Part shown: one piece after another, positions 55,091 through 64,000 of the stretch
Position numbering within the stretch: the first letter of the stretch is position 1
How the letters are laid out: the number at the start of each line of letters is the position of its first letter
Assembly: GCA_943357895.1 (NCBI GenBank)
Contig: CALRGO010000002.1
Span: 25,926 to 89,925, forward strand
DNA length: 64,000 nt
Reading direction: 5' to 3'
Origin: Parcubacteria group bacterium
Lineage (GTDB): Bacteria; Patescibacteriota; Minisyncoccia; UBA6257; UBA11618
Program-made: the position numbers and the translations under genes
Notes under the pieces: model-generated
The model's input: the letters and a program-made list of their open reading frames with translations, nothing else
Databases searched by the model: none
What the model was told of the DNA's origin: nothing

Positions 55091-56590
55091 ATGCGCTTTA
55101 TTTCTTTTATTCATTCTCTGCACGTCGTTATCGCCTGCATTCTCGGTGTCGGGATTTATTGGCTCGCCGCGCCGCTTGGTTGGATAGGGGCTCTAATAGC
55201 CGTTCTGTCTATGATGGTGACGGTCGGCATTGCGGATCGATTGTCGAGTGCGGGCGTGCGTACCTTATTCCTCATATGCGTTCTTTTCCATATAGCGGGG
55301 TTTACGGTCATCGCCTATCCGTCGGCGCAGGATGCGTATAACCGCTACGGTGATTTCCATAGCGGCATTACCGATGCGAATTACGGGAATATTCTTTTGC
55401 AGCCGTGGCACGCCGCTCCCGTTCTCAGGCTTTTTTTTGCGGAAGGTAAAATAGTCAAAGGTGTTATCAATTTTATCCGGCCTCCTGCAGGAGAAAGCGA
55501 AAGCATCGATGCTGCCGTCGAAGCTATTATTGCCATCGGAATCGTAAGCAGGATCGTGGCATTTGTCCTCTTTTATTTTTTCGTACAATCAGCCGGCCTC
55601 CGAGCGCGCGCCGTTGCCGCGGCACTTCTTATTTTTACTTTCCAATATACGAATATTGCATTGACCCAGAGCATGAAGTTTGTCGCCGGCCTGCCATTTT
55701 TTATGTTCTGGTTAGTAAGTTTTTCGGAGTACGAAAGAACGGGACATAGGCGATGGCTCGCGGCGCACGTCATGGCTCTTCCCCTCCTGCTTATTTCAGA
55801 ACAATGGATTATCTTCTTCGTTGCGGCGCTGTATCTCCTCTATCCTTTTTTCAGGCGGGGCGCCGGCATTCCGTTACGCGTCTTCGATGTTTTCGGCACC
55901 GCCCTAGTCGCGTTCGCTTCGACCACCCTGTATTTTTTGGAATGGGGACGTATAACAAGCAATCACATCCCGCTTTTGCCTCTTGTGCCGTCAGCATTCC
56001 GTTCCGCTTATTTGCATGAATATCCCGCACTCCTCCTCATTTTTTCAATCGCTTGCGGAATAGGTTTGTGTATATATAAAAAAACATTCGGATTTTCCGG
56101 TAAAAAATTTCTGTCGCTCGGCATTGTTCCCTACGCGATCTTTATGCAATCGCTTATTTTCCTTAACCCCGCGATGTTCCTTCAAAAAAATTTCTTATTA
56201 TTTTTTTTACCGTATTGGCTTCTTGTTTCATGTTCTCTCGGTATGATTATTCGCAATGCCTTCGTTGTGCGCAAGATCGACGCCGTTGCGGTTTTAGCTC
56301 TTGTTGCATGGACTATCGGATCTTTGCCTCAGATATTCCTTATGTTGGGTGCTTCCATGCCGACGTCGCCCGTTCTCGACGTAATTATCCTGCCGTTGCT
56401 CGTTGGGGTTGCTAGTAGAGACGCACATAAGGCATTTCTCCTATTTTTTACTCTTGTCGTTCTTGTTGGATTCCTTTCTGTATATAAATTACTGGTATAT
56501 ACGGACGGATGGGCGCGCGCGGGCGTGTTACTTCCCGTAATCCTCGTTCCGATTGCAATCGCCATTACCCGAAAATACCGTTATGCGTAA
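55091..56590 (+). CDS. polytopic membrane protein (GT-C/polymerase-like)
   Basis: About 13 TM helices; 499 aa; no soluble catalytic domain recognisable. Confidence 0.5.
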   Translation: MRFISFIHSLHVVIACILGVGIYWLAAPLGWIGALIAVLSMMVTVGIADRLSSAGVRTLFLICVLFHIAGFTVIAYPSAQDAYNRYGDFHSGITDANYGNILLQPWHAAPVLRLFFAEGKIVKGVINFIRPPAGESESIDAAVEAIIAIGIVSRIVAFVLFYFFVQSAGLRARAVAAALLIFTFQYTNIALTQSMKFVAGLPFFMFWLVSFSEYERTGHRRWLAAHVMALPLLLISEQWIIFFVAALYLLYPFFRRGAGIPLRVFDVFGTALVAFASTTLYFLEWGRITSNHIPLLPLVPSAFRSAYLHEYPALLLIFSIACGIGLCIYKKTFGFSGKKFLSLGIVPYAIFMQSLIFLNPAMFLQKNFLLFFLPYWLLVSCSLGMIIRNAFVVRKIDAVAVLALVAWTIGSLPQIFLMLGASMPTSPVLDVIILPLLVGVASRDAHKAFLLFFTLVVLVGFLSVYKLLVYTDGWARAGVLLPVILVPIAIAITRKYRYA

Positions 56591-57083
56591 TATTTTCACT
56601 TACAGTTGCGCTTTTTTTGCCTGTGTTTCTATTTTTTCTTTCGCGGGTATTTTGCATATCGAAGAAAGCGTTTTACTTTCGGGGGCGGACTTAGTGCCCG
56701 AAACGATAACGGTGCGGAGTGTGTACGGCGATGTTATTCTCAGGAGAACCGCCTATGCCCCCTTTTCTCTTTGGTTTGCGCGGGGTACGTATGCAGGCGC
56801 CGTTGCTAGTGGGCAGTCCCTTGAAAACTCTTTGGTTATACGGGGTGATGAAGTGGCTTCGTTCTCGTCCGCTTATCCCGAGTGGCGGGTATTCGCCGTC
56901 ATGAAGGCGCAGGATGTTGCCGGCAATGAACATTCATGTAATCTCCAGAGATTGTTCGGGGATACAACCTTACGGAGCTATAATTGCGCTCTCGATAAGG
57001 AAAAAATAACGTCCCTTTCTATCATCTTCGTCAAGCCTACTTCGTTGCGGGAAAAAATAACGATACTTGGCGAATCATTGTGA
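56583..57083 (+). CDS. secreted hypothetical protein
   Basis: Start at Met overlapping upstream stop by 8 nt; signal peptide MRNIFTYSCAFFACVSIFSFAG. Confidence 0.4.
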   Translation: MRNIFTYSCAFFACVSIFSFAGILHIEESVLLSGADLVPETITVRSVYGDVILRRTAYAPFSLWFARGTYAGAVASGQSLENSLVIRGDEVASFSSAYPEWRVFAVMKAQDVAGNEHSCNLQRLFGDTTLRSYNCALDKEKITSLSIIFVKPTSLREKITILGESL

Positions 57084-59372
57084 TTAGCGCAAAGACTTTT
57101 CGTACCCGTTCCAATCGATGCGGAAAATACGCGCTTTCGATTGGGAATTAGTTTCGTAATTGGAATATATTTCTTTTAGGTAGGGCGGTATTGTTTCGCC
57201 GGTATAAATCAATAAATATTTATTAGGCACGAACGGTAGCGGATTGAATATCTGGTCTTCGAGGAGAATATGGGTCACTTTGCGGGTACGGAGCACCGGC
57301 ATGGCTTCGGTAATCGAATCGAATTTTCCCGGATAGGTAAGACTGAGGCCGGATTGCGGGGCTATGATATCCTGCAATCCCCTTCCCCCGATTTTAGCGT
57401 CGGGTAAAAGCATCATTATATCGATACCATTTCCCGTAGCGAGTACGCCCTTTACGTTCGTCGATGCCCATAAAGCGACCTGCAGTCTATCTCTATTCAT
57501 GCGGGAAATATCCTTGACGAAAAGCCGTGCCACAAATATGAATGTCGAGAGCGAAACGCAGAGCAAGATTATCTGAGAGGCGGCGAACATGCCGAAGAAT
57601 AGGCGCTCGTCCCGTACGTCGTGCGGCGCCGTAGCGCGGAGCCCTGCCACCGCAACTAGTATGCCTAAGGGGGCGATTGGGAAAACATGCCGAAGGAGAT
57701 AATACAGATGGAAAATAGGTATAAGGCTCATAATCCATATCCCTATGGCGGCCCATACGGGAAACCATACGGGATCGCGCCATGTGCGAACAGCACCCTG
57801 CAGAAAGAAAAAAAGCTGGGGGAGAATACTATACGCGAAATAGAGCAGGACGAGGCATATCCCCGTCGTTATGAAGCGGTTGAATATTTCCGCGGCGGTA
57901 TGCGTCTTAAGATAATGCGGCAGGGTTACGGAAGGCGCCGCCCCCCATACGTCCACGTAGCGTTCTACAAAATATTTACTATTCTCACCGTAATTAAATG
58001 CTGATCCGAATTCCGCCTGCCGCATCAAGAGCATCGGCGAGGCGACGGCAAAAAAAATCGCAATCATGGCCGCCGACCTAAGCAGGAGTCCGCCTAGCGG
58101 CATTTTTTTCCACGCCCAGCATGATACGAGCACTATAGGTAGGACTATTATTCCGTTTGGGCGCACCCAATACGTAAGTCCCGCCACCCCGCTTGCGGCA
58201 TAGGCGAATGCTGGATTATCCCGTGCCTTATAAACGAAGCAAATTGCCGTAAGAAAAAGGAGGGTAAAAAGAGGCTCGGTTAAGATAAAGAGGTTATCCG
58301 ATATAATAAGAGGAAAAGAAAATATAAAGGCTATAAGGGCGGCGTCAATGGTTTTTTTTGATGCGGTGAGCCTGAAGGCCAGCCATCCTATGGGGAATAC
58401 GGCTGCCGCGCCGGTTACCGCAGTAATAAGTATTCCAACGAGCAAGTTTTCAAATATGGATGTAGCTCCCCATGCGTAGAGGAAGGGCGCCATGAATGCC
58501 GATAATCCTATTGCATGCGTTCGTATGGGCGACCAGTCGCCGCGCACTATTTCGAGCGCCTTAAGAATATATATATACGAATCATATTTTTGTATGGGAA
58601 ACATGACGATGTACGATACGTACATTTCAAGGCCGATGCGTACTGCGGCGGCAATAAGGAAAAAACAGAAAATACGTAAAAGGGGTATTTTTTTTATCCG
58701 CTCTTCATAGAGGATATTTTCAATGACTGATTGTACTGCTCGGCGTGCGAGCATGATTCTATTGCGGCACCAGTCAAAAAAACTTATTGTATTTGTTTTC
58801 CGAGCAGCGGTTATCGTATCAATAATACGGATGTCTTTAAAAAATCGCGATCGGTATACAGATTTTTTAACCACGGCGACAGGGCCGAGCCATGCGAGTA
58901 TTTCAGGCGAGGAGCACGTGTCGTGAAAAGCTATCGTCGCGCCTAGGGCGAGCTTCGGTGACCATAGCTCGAAATCACGCGTAACCATTTCGAGCGCATG
59001 ATCCCCATCGATAAAAAGCAGCTCTATTGGTAAATTGAATGTTTCAGCCGCTTTTTCGGAGGTCATGACGAGCGGCCGCACTACGGAAGAAAGTCCGGCG
59101 CGCTCCATATTATTTTGAAATATATCAAATGTTTTGAAATCGCCCTGTTCTGGTAGTCCGTTGTGGGGATCAACGGCATATACAGGAACGCCGTTACCAG
59201 CCTGCGAGCCTGCGCCTAAAAAAACCGCTGATTTCCCCTGCCATGAGCCGATTTCAACGATAACTCCTTTTCCCGTGCACCGCTTGGCACAGTCATATAA
59301 AAATGCGCCCTCTTTTGCCGTGAGCCAGCCGTGAACCGCCTCCGTATTTTTTTTAGCTTCTTTCAGCTCCAT
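57084..59372 (-). CDS. fusion protein: N-terminal class I SAM-dependent methyltransferase + C-terminal polytopic GT-C-like membrane domain
   Basis: N-terminal ~230 aa with GVIVEIGSWQGKSAVFL and LLFIDGDHALE (CmcI/TylF-like MTase); followed by ~500 aa with >12 TM helices; 762 aa. Confidence 0.6.
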   Translation of the reverse strand: MELKEAKKNTEAVHGWLTAKEGAFLYDCAKRCTGKGVIVEIGSWQGKSAVFLGAGSQAGNGVPVYAVDPHNGLPEQGDFKTFDIFQNNMERAGLSSVVRPLVMTSEKAAETFNLPIELLFIDGDHALEMVTRDFELWSPKLALGATIAFHDTCSSPEILAWLGPVAVVKKSVYRSRFFKDIRIIDTITAARKTNTISFFDWCRNRIMLARRAVQSVIENILYEERIKKIPLLRIFCFFLIAAAVRIGLEMYVSYIVMFPIQKYDSYIYILKALEIVRGDWSPIRTHAIGLSAFMAPFLYAWGATSIFENLLVGILITAVTGAAAVFPIGWLAFRLTASKKTIDAALIAFIFSFPLIISDNLFILTEPLFTLLFLTAICFVYKARDNPAFAYAASGVAGLTYWVRPNGIIVLPIVLVSCWAWKKMPLGGLLLRSAAMIAIFFAVASPMLLMRQAEFGSAFNYGENSKYFVERYVDVWGAAPSVTLPHYLKTHTAAEIFNRFITTGICLVLLYFAYSILPQLFFFLQGAVRTWRDPVWFPVWAAIGIWIMSLIPIFHLYYLLRHVFPIAPLGILVAVAGLRATAPHDVRDERLFFGMFAASQIILLCVSLSTFIFVARLFVKDISRMNRDRLQVALWASTNVKGVLATGNGIDIMMLLPDAKIGGRGLQDIIAPQSGLSLTYPGKFDSITEAMPVLRTRKVTHILLEDQIFNPLPFVPNKYLLIYTGETIPPYLKEIYSNYETNSQSKARIFRIDWNGYEKSLR

Positions 59373-59399
59373 AATTTGAAGTAGTATGGCATGTATGTA

Positions 59400-60488
59400 T
59401 TAGTAATTGCCATTATTGTACGTACGGAATCGCGCGCTTGACCATGAATGAATTGGTTTTTCAAGCATATGATACGAAATAAGGGCGACGGGAACAAGGA
59501 ATAAGGGCATTGAAAGCGGCGAAGAATCCCTATAGAAGGCGGGATTGTTCGTAAAAGGTTGCTGCCATAGATACAGGCTATAGGAAGCCAGTCCTATGTT
59601 TCGCATATAATGGAAAGCCCGCGACGCGAGAAATCGGGGGATGTGGCGCAACGCCATAATAAGGCGCAGGATCGCGAACGACGAGAGTAGAGCATATGCG
59701 AATTGTTCGGGGGCATGGCTCGTTTTTGCAGATACGAGAAATAATATACCCATAAAAAGAGCGCTTACTCCAGTAAGGGGCGCGCTCGGGATATTCACAT
59801 AGTGGCGTACGGTAGAACTCGCGGCATAGAGCGCTCCTCCGGCAATGGATGCGAATGCCCATCCGTTGTCTATCCAGCCGTGCATGAAAAATATCTTAAA
59901 TGCTGAAAATACCGAAAAAAGAACACACAGGGCGGCAATGGTAGGCGTTCGCCGAAGCGCCGGAAGTAGCAGTATAAATAATGGCCAAACGGCATAAAAC
60001 TGTTCTTCTACCGAAAGGCTCCAGAGATGGAGCAGATTCCATGTGCAGGGAGTCGCCGAAGCATTTGCGAGGAATGCAATGCAAGAAATGTTCGAACGGT
60101 CGATCGTTGCCGTCCATCCGAGCGCGGCGAAAAGCCCCATGCCGAGAAGATAGCCGGCATAGGCGGGAATAATTCTGAAAAACCGCCGGAGATAGAATTT
60201 TGCAATAGAAATACTTCCTGTCCGATCAAGCTCGCTGATAAGTATTTTCGTTATGAGGAATCCACTTATTACAAGGAATATTTTTACGCCCACGTCTCCA
60301 GCATGCCAACTGACTGTCAGGAAGGCGCGGATAAAATTTTTTTCGTAGGCGGTGTTTCCGAGCGAGACGAAAAACGAATGAAAGCGGAAAAATACCAGAT
60401 GACTTTCTATGACGAGTATAATGCTTATCCCCCGCCAAAAGTCGAGTACGGGATCACGGCCGTCCTTATACCGTTCCGGTTGTTCCAT
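59400..60488 (-). CDS. acyltransferase family 3 (OafA/YrhL-like) membrane O-acyltransferase
   Basis: DFWRGISIILVIESHL N-terminal motif, 10 TM helices. Confidence 0.75.
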   Translation of the reverse strand: MEQPERYKDGRDPVLDFWRGISIILVIESHLVFFRFHSFFVSLGNTAYEKNFIRAFLTVSWHAGDVGVKIFLVISGFLITKILISELDRTGSISIAKFYLRRFFRIIPAYAGYLLGMGLFAALGWTATIDRSNISCIAFLANASATPCTWNLLHLWSLSVEEQFYAVWPLFILLLPALRRTPTIAALCVLFSVFSAFKIFFMHGWIDNGWAFASIAGGALYAASSTVRHYVNIPSAPLTGVSALFMGILFLVSAKTSHAPEQFAYALLSSFAILRLIMALRHIPRFLASRAFHYMRNIGLASYSLYLWQQPFTNNPAFYRDSSPLSMPLFLVPVALISYHMLEKPIHSWSSARFRTYNNGNY

Positions 60489-61923
60489 GGCTCCCCTTTT
60501 CGAAGTATTCCGCTTCGCTGCCGACGGCCTCGATGTCTTCGCGTATGCCTGTTATTACGCTCCGCGCTGCCATAATTCCCATTTCGAGCGAGTGATCTTG
60601 GTTATTGTAACGGAATCTGCCGGGGCGGCCGATGTAATACAGGTTTTCGAAGCGGTCTAAATAGGCTTTTACTGAATCTACGTATGTTTTGTATTCGGTG
60701 TCGTATATCGGGTACACCTTTTTTTGGCGCATGAGGTAGCTTTGCCGTACTTCGCTCCGTTTGCAGAAGCCGAGGGGTTCGAGGTGCTTCATCGTCATTT
60801 CGAGCAATTCTTCCTTCGTCGCGTTCCAGACAGCGTCCCCCTCGAAACAGAAAAATTCCAAAAAGAGCGACGTTTTTCCATGCGGGCTCATTTTTTGGCT
60901 GAAATTATTCATCTCCGTAATCCTACCGAAGGGAATATGTTTTTCGGGGAAATAGATCCATTGGTCGCGCGTAATGCGTTCCTTATCGAGGGTGATGAAG
61001 AGATATACTTGGTCGCGATAGCGCATTTTTTCCGCTGCCGCCGTAATTGCCGCGGGCGGGGCAGGGTCGAGCAGTTTTAAAAATTCCTTCGGCGGGATGC
61101 TCTCAATAAGCGTCTTCGGGGTTATTTCTTTCAGCGCTCCTTTTACGGATACCGTAAGTCCCGTTATGCGGTTGTTATGGTGGCGAATGCGCACGGGATA
61201 ACTTTCGAGTTCCACGGGATTGCCGGCGTCCGCGATCTTTTTCGCGATTGTTTCATAAATAAGCCCCGTACCATATTCGGGGTAATAGAAGCTGTCTACG
61301 AGAGTACGGAGCCCTTTCGTACGGAAAAGGCCGAGCGTCCGCTCCGCTGCGGCTTTCACGAGGAAGCCAACGGACAGTCCCTTAATGCGCTGCGTTGCCC
61401 AGTCTGTATGTATGGTGTTCGCTTTTACACCCCAGATCTTTTCCGTGTAATTGATCATATTAAACTCGGCGAGCGTCCTGCCGAAGTGCGCCACGACATG
61501 GTCTTCGAAATGGCGAATTGGTTTTTTGAAAAGCCCGTAACGGAGCTGGGCGGCAGCGTAGTCCGCTACCATGCGCGTGGCCTTTCGTGGCCCGATATTG
61601 GCGAGTGCTTGGGCGGGGTTGATTGGGTAGTCGTAGAATTTGCCCGCGATGAACTGGCGCGTTTGGCGCTTTACTTCTATCCAGTTTTCTTTGATGAGCC
61701 CTTCGATGAAGCCGTAAAGGTATGGGTTTTTGGAAAAGAAGCGGTGCGGGCCGTTATCCGTGCGGAACGTGAGTCCGTCTGGCTCCGTAAACAAATAGGT
61801 CTTTGCGAGGCCGCCCACGCGGTCGGATTTCTCATAGAGCGTAAAATTCTTTCCGGCGTGCGTAAGTTCCATTGCTGCGGCGAGCCCCGCGGGGCCGGCG
61901 CCCAGAATACACGTCTCTTTCAT
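60466..61923 (-). CDS. FAD-dependent UDP-galactopyranose mutase-like enzyme
   Basis: ILGAGPAGLAAA Rossmann motif, EKSDRVGG, GPHRFF, NYTEKIWGV (cf. UGM YTEKQWG) and C-terminal GRPGRFRYNNQDHSLEMG (cf. UGM GRLAEYKYYDMHQVI); 485 aa. Confidence 0.55.
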   Translation of the reverse strand: MKETCILGAGPAGLAAAMELTHAGKNFTLYEKSDRVGGLAKTYLFTEPDGLTFRTDNGPHRFFSKNPYLYGFIEGLIKENWIEVKRQTRQFIAGKFYDYPINPAQALANIGPRKATRMVADYAAAQLRYGLFKKPIRHFEDHVVAHFGRTLAEFNMINYTEKIWGVKANTIHTDWATQRIKGLSVGFLVKAAAERTLGLFRTKGLRTLVDSFYYPEYGTGLIYETIAKKIADAGNPVELESYPVRIRHHNNRITGLTVSVKGALKEITPKTLIESIPPKEFLKLLDPAPPAAITAAAEKMRYRDQVYLFITLDKERITRDQWIYFPEKHIPFGRITEMNNFSQKMSPHGKTSLFLEFFCFEGDAVWNATKEELLEMTMKHLEPLGFCKRSEVRQSYLMRQKKVYPIYDTEYKTYVDSVKAYLDRFENLYYIGRPGRFRYNNQDHSLEMGIMAARSVITGIREDIEAVGSEAEYFEKGSHGTTGTV

Positions 61924-61950
61924 GCGCTTATCGTACTGGCATTATGGAAT

Positions 61951-61986
61951 AAAAAAAAGACGTCCCTCGTCGGGACGCTTTTTCTG
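61951..61986 (-). terminator. bidirectional intrinsic terminator after rplK
   Basis: A8-gacgtccc-tcgtc-gggacg-cT5. Confidence 0.65.
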
Positions 61987-62001
61987 GTGATAGGTATTCT
62001 T

Positions 62002-62427
62002 TTAGCCTTCTATCTTAATACCCATGTTCTTCGCGGTGCCTTCGATCATGCGGCCGGCCGCGGGGATGTCGTAGACGTTCAAGTCCGGCAACTTCCTTTC
62101 CGCGATGGCGTTTACGTGCGCGCGGGTTACTTTACCGACAATCTTCTTAGATCCTTCGGCGGAGCCCTTCTCGATGCCGGCATATTTCTTTAAAAGCGCG
62201 GCGACCGGCGGGGTCTTCAGCTTGAATTCGAAGCTGCGATCCTCGAATACGGTGATTTCTGCGGGGACTACGTCGCCCAACATGTCTTTCGTCGCTTCGT
62301 TGAAGCGCTTGCAGAAGTCTTGGATGTTTACGCCGTGCTGGCCGAGCGCAGGGCCGACGGGCGGCGTCGGTAACGCTTTACCGGCTTCGATCTGCAACTT
62401 AAGTACTGTCTTGATAGGCTTTGCCAT
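62002..62427 (-). CDS. rplK: 50S ribosomal protein L11
   Basis: [35 protein letters not shown] canonical L11. Confidence 0.9.
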   Translation of the reverse strand: MAKPIKTVLKLQIEAGKALPTPPVGPALGQHGVNIQDFCKRFNEATKDMLGDVVPAEITVFEDRSFEFKLKTPPVAALLKKYAGIEKGSAEGSKKIVGKVTRAHVNAIAERKLPDLNVYDIPAAGRMIEGTAKNMGIKIEG

Positions 62428-62468
62428 TTTTTTAGTGATTAGTGAATAGTGGGTAGTGAATAGAACGA

Positions 62469-63032
62469 CTATAGCTTTTGAATCTGTAACGAATCGAGTT
62501 CGACCATCGTGTCCCTGCCGAATATCGGCGCGAGGACCTTCACTTTGCCCTTCGCCTCGTCCACCTCCGAGACCTTCGCCTCGTAGTCCTTGAACGGGCC
62601 GTCGGTTATTTTAACCATATCGCCAGGGCGGACGTCAATTGCGAAGCTTGTCTTTGCATCCCCCATCCGTGCCATCAATACGTCTATTTCGTCCTTCGAG
62701 AGCGGTGTTGGCTGAGTGCTGTCGGCACCCACAAACCCTGTTACGCGGGGGGTGTTACGGACCAAGTACCACGAGTCGTCGGTGAGCACCATGTCTACGA
62801 GCACGTAGCCGGGGTAGATTTTTTCTTCTATCTCGCGGCGCTTGCCGTTCTTGATCTTGATTAACTTTTCTTTCGGCACGAGCACGTCGAAAATCTTGTC
62901 GTCCATACCTAGGGATTCCACGCGCTGCTTCACATAGCGCACCACGGCGTCTTCATAGCCAGAATACGTGCGGATGGCGTACCAGTGGCGGCCTTCGCCT
63001 TTTTGCTTTTTGGATTGGGTTATCGGCATCAT
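62469..63032 (-). CDS. nusG: transcription termination/antitermination factor NusG
   Basis: NGN domain ([11 protein letters not shown]) and C-terminal KOW. Confidence 0.9.
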   Translation of the reverse strand: MMPITQSKKQKGEGRHWYAIRTYSGYEDAVVRYVKQRVESLGMDDKIFDVLVPKEKLIKIKNGKRREIEEKIYPGYVLVDMVLTDDSWYLVRNTPRVTGFVGADSTQPTPLSKDEIDVLMARMGDAKTSFAIDVRPGDMVKITDGPFKDYEAKVSEVDEAKGKVKVLAPIFGRDTMVELDSLQIQKL

Positions 63033-63036
63033 ATGG

Positions 63037-63222
63037 TTATTGGAGAAGGTAGTTGTTCAAGGCGTAGAGAAGCGCGTAGTCGACGGCGCCGAGGAATGCG
63101 GCGATGCCGATAGAAAGCATGACAACTACGGCCGTCATGCGGATGGTTTCTTGCGCTGTCGGCCAGTTGATTTTGCTAAATTCGGCGCGCGCTTCGGTGA
63201 AGAAGGATGTAAGGCGGTTCAT
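63037..63222 (-). CDS. secE: preprotein translocase subunit SecE
   Basis: 61 aa single-TM protein immediately upstream of nusG. Confidence 0.8.
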   Translation of the reverse strand: MNRLTSFFTEARAEFSKINWPTAQETIRMTAVVVMLSIGIAAFLGAVDYALLYALNNYLLQ

Positions 63223-63265
63223 TGGGTTCTATAATACCAAGTTCGGGTAAAAAGTGCAATAACCG

Positions 63266-64000
<735 letters not shown>

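Noticed and set aside
60466-61923. Assigning the FAD enzyme as DprE1 (DPR 2'-oxidase)
   Set aside because: DprE1 is a VAO/PCMH-type flavoprotein without an N-terminal GxGxxG Rossmann fold. This protein has the Rossmann FAD motif and UGM-like YTEKxWG block, so UGM-like is the better call.

Overview
This 64 kb window reads as a reduced-genome bacterial chromosome segment. The CPR/Patescibacteria-like assignment is an inference from gene content: truncated ThrRS, Mur ligases lacking N-terminal domains, rimM and rplA absent from their usual operon positions, and a short DnaE. The minus strand carries a partial division/cell-wall (dcw) cluster in the order mraZ, rsmH, ftsL, ftsI, Mur ligase, tRNA-Glu, hydrolase, murF, ddl. 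Housekeeping genes present: cysS, dnaB, recR, rplU, rplJ-rplL, trmD, khpA-like, rpsP, rnc, nusB, rpmF (unlisted small ORF), rnhB, dnaE, truncated thrS, gatB, rplK-nusG-secE and the 3' part of gyrB. Positions 30029-61923 hold a roughly 32 kb cell-envelope glycan locus. It contains eight GT4 and one GT2 glycosyltransferases, several polytopic GT-C-like membrane proteins (one fused to a methyltransferase), seven SAM methyltransferases, a polysaccharide deacetylase, an acyltransferase-3, a MOP flippase and a discoidin-domain protein. It also contains a UDP-galactopyranose-mutase-like flavoenzyme, and a DPPR-synthase-like UbiA prenyl-phosphate transferase adjacent to an SDR epimerase and a HAD-like phosphatase. 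Together these give an arabinogalactan/lipid-linked pentofuranose-like biosynthetic signature outside Actinobacteria, which I consider the most likely undescribed system here. Other findings are: an inverted pair of structured ~150-220 bp elements with compensatory stem changes flanking a secreted-protein gene that is split by a G9 homopolymer frameshift; two MITE-like perfect inverted-repeat elements; and a repeated ~95 bp element, one copy of which sits inside a degenerate tRNA duplicate. I found no rRNA, CRISPR array, transposase or integrase. All calls rest on motif-level recognition, not searches.
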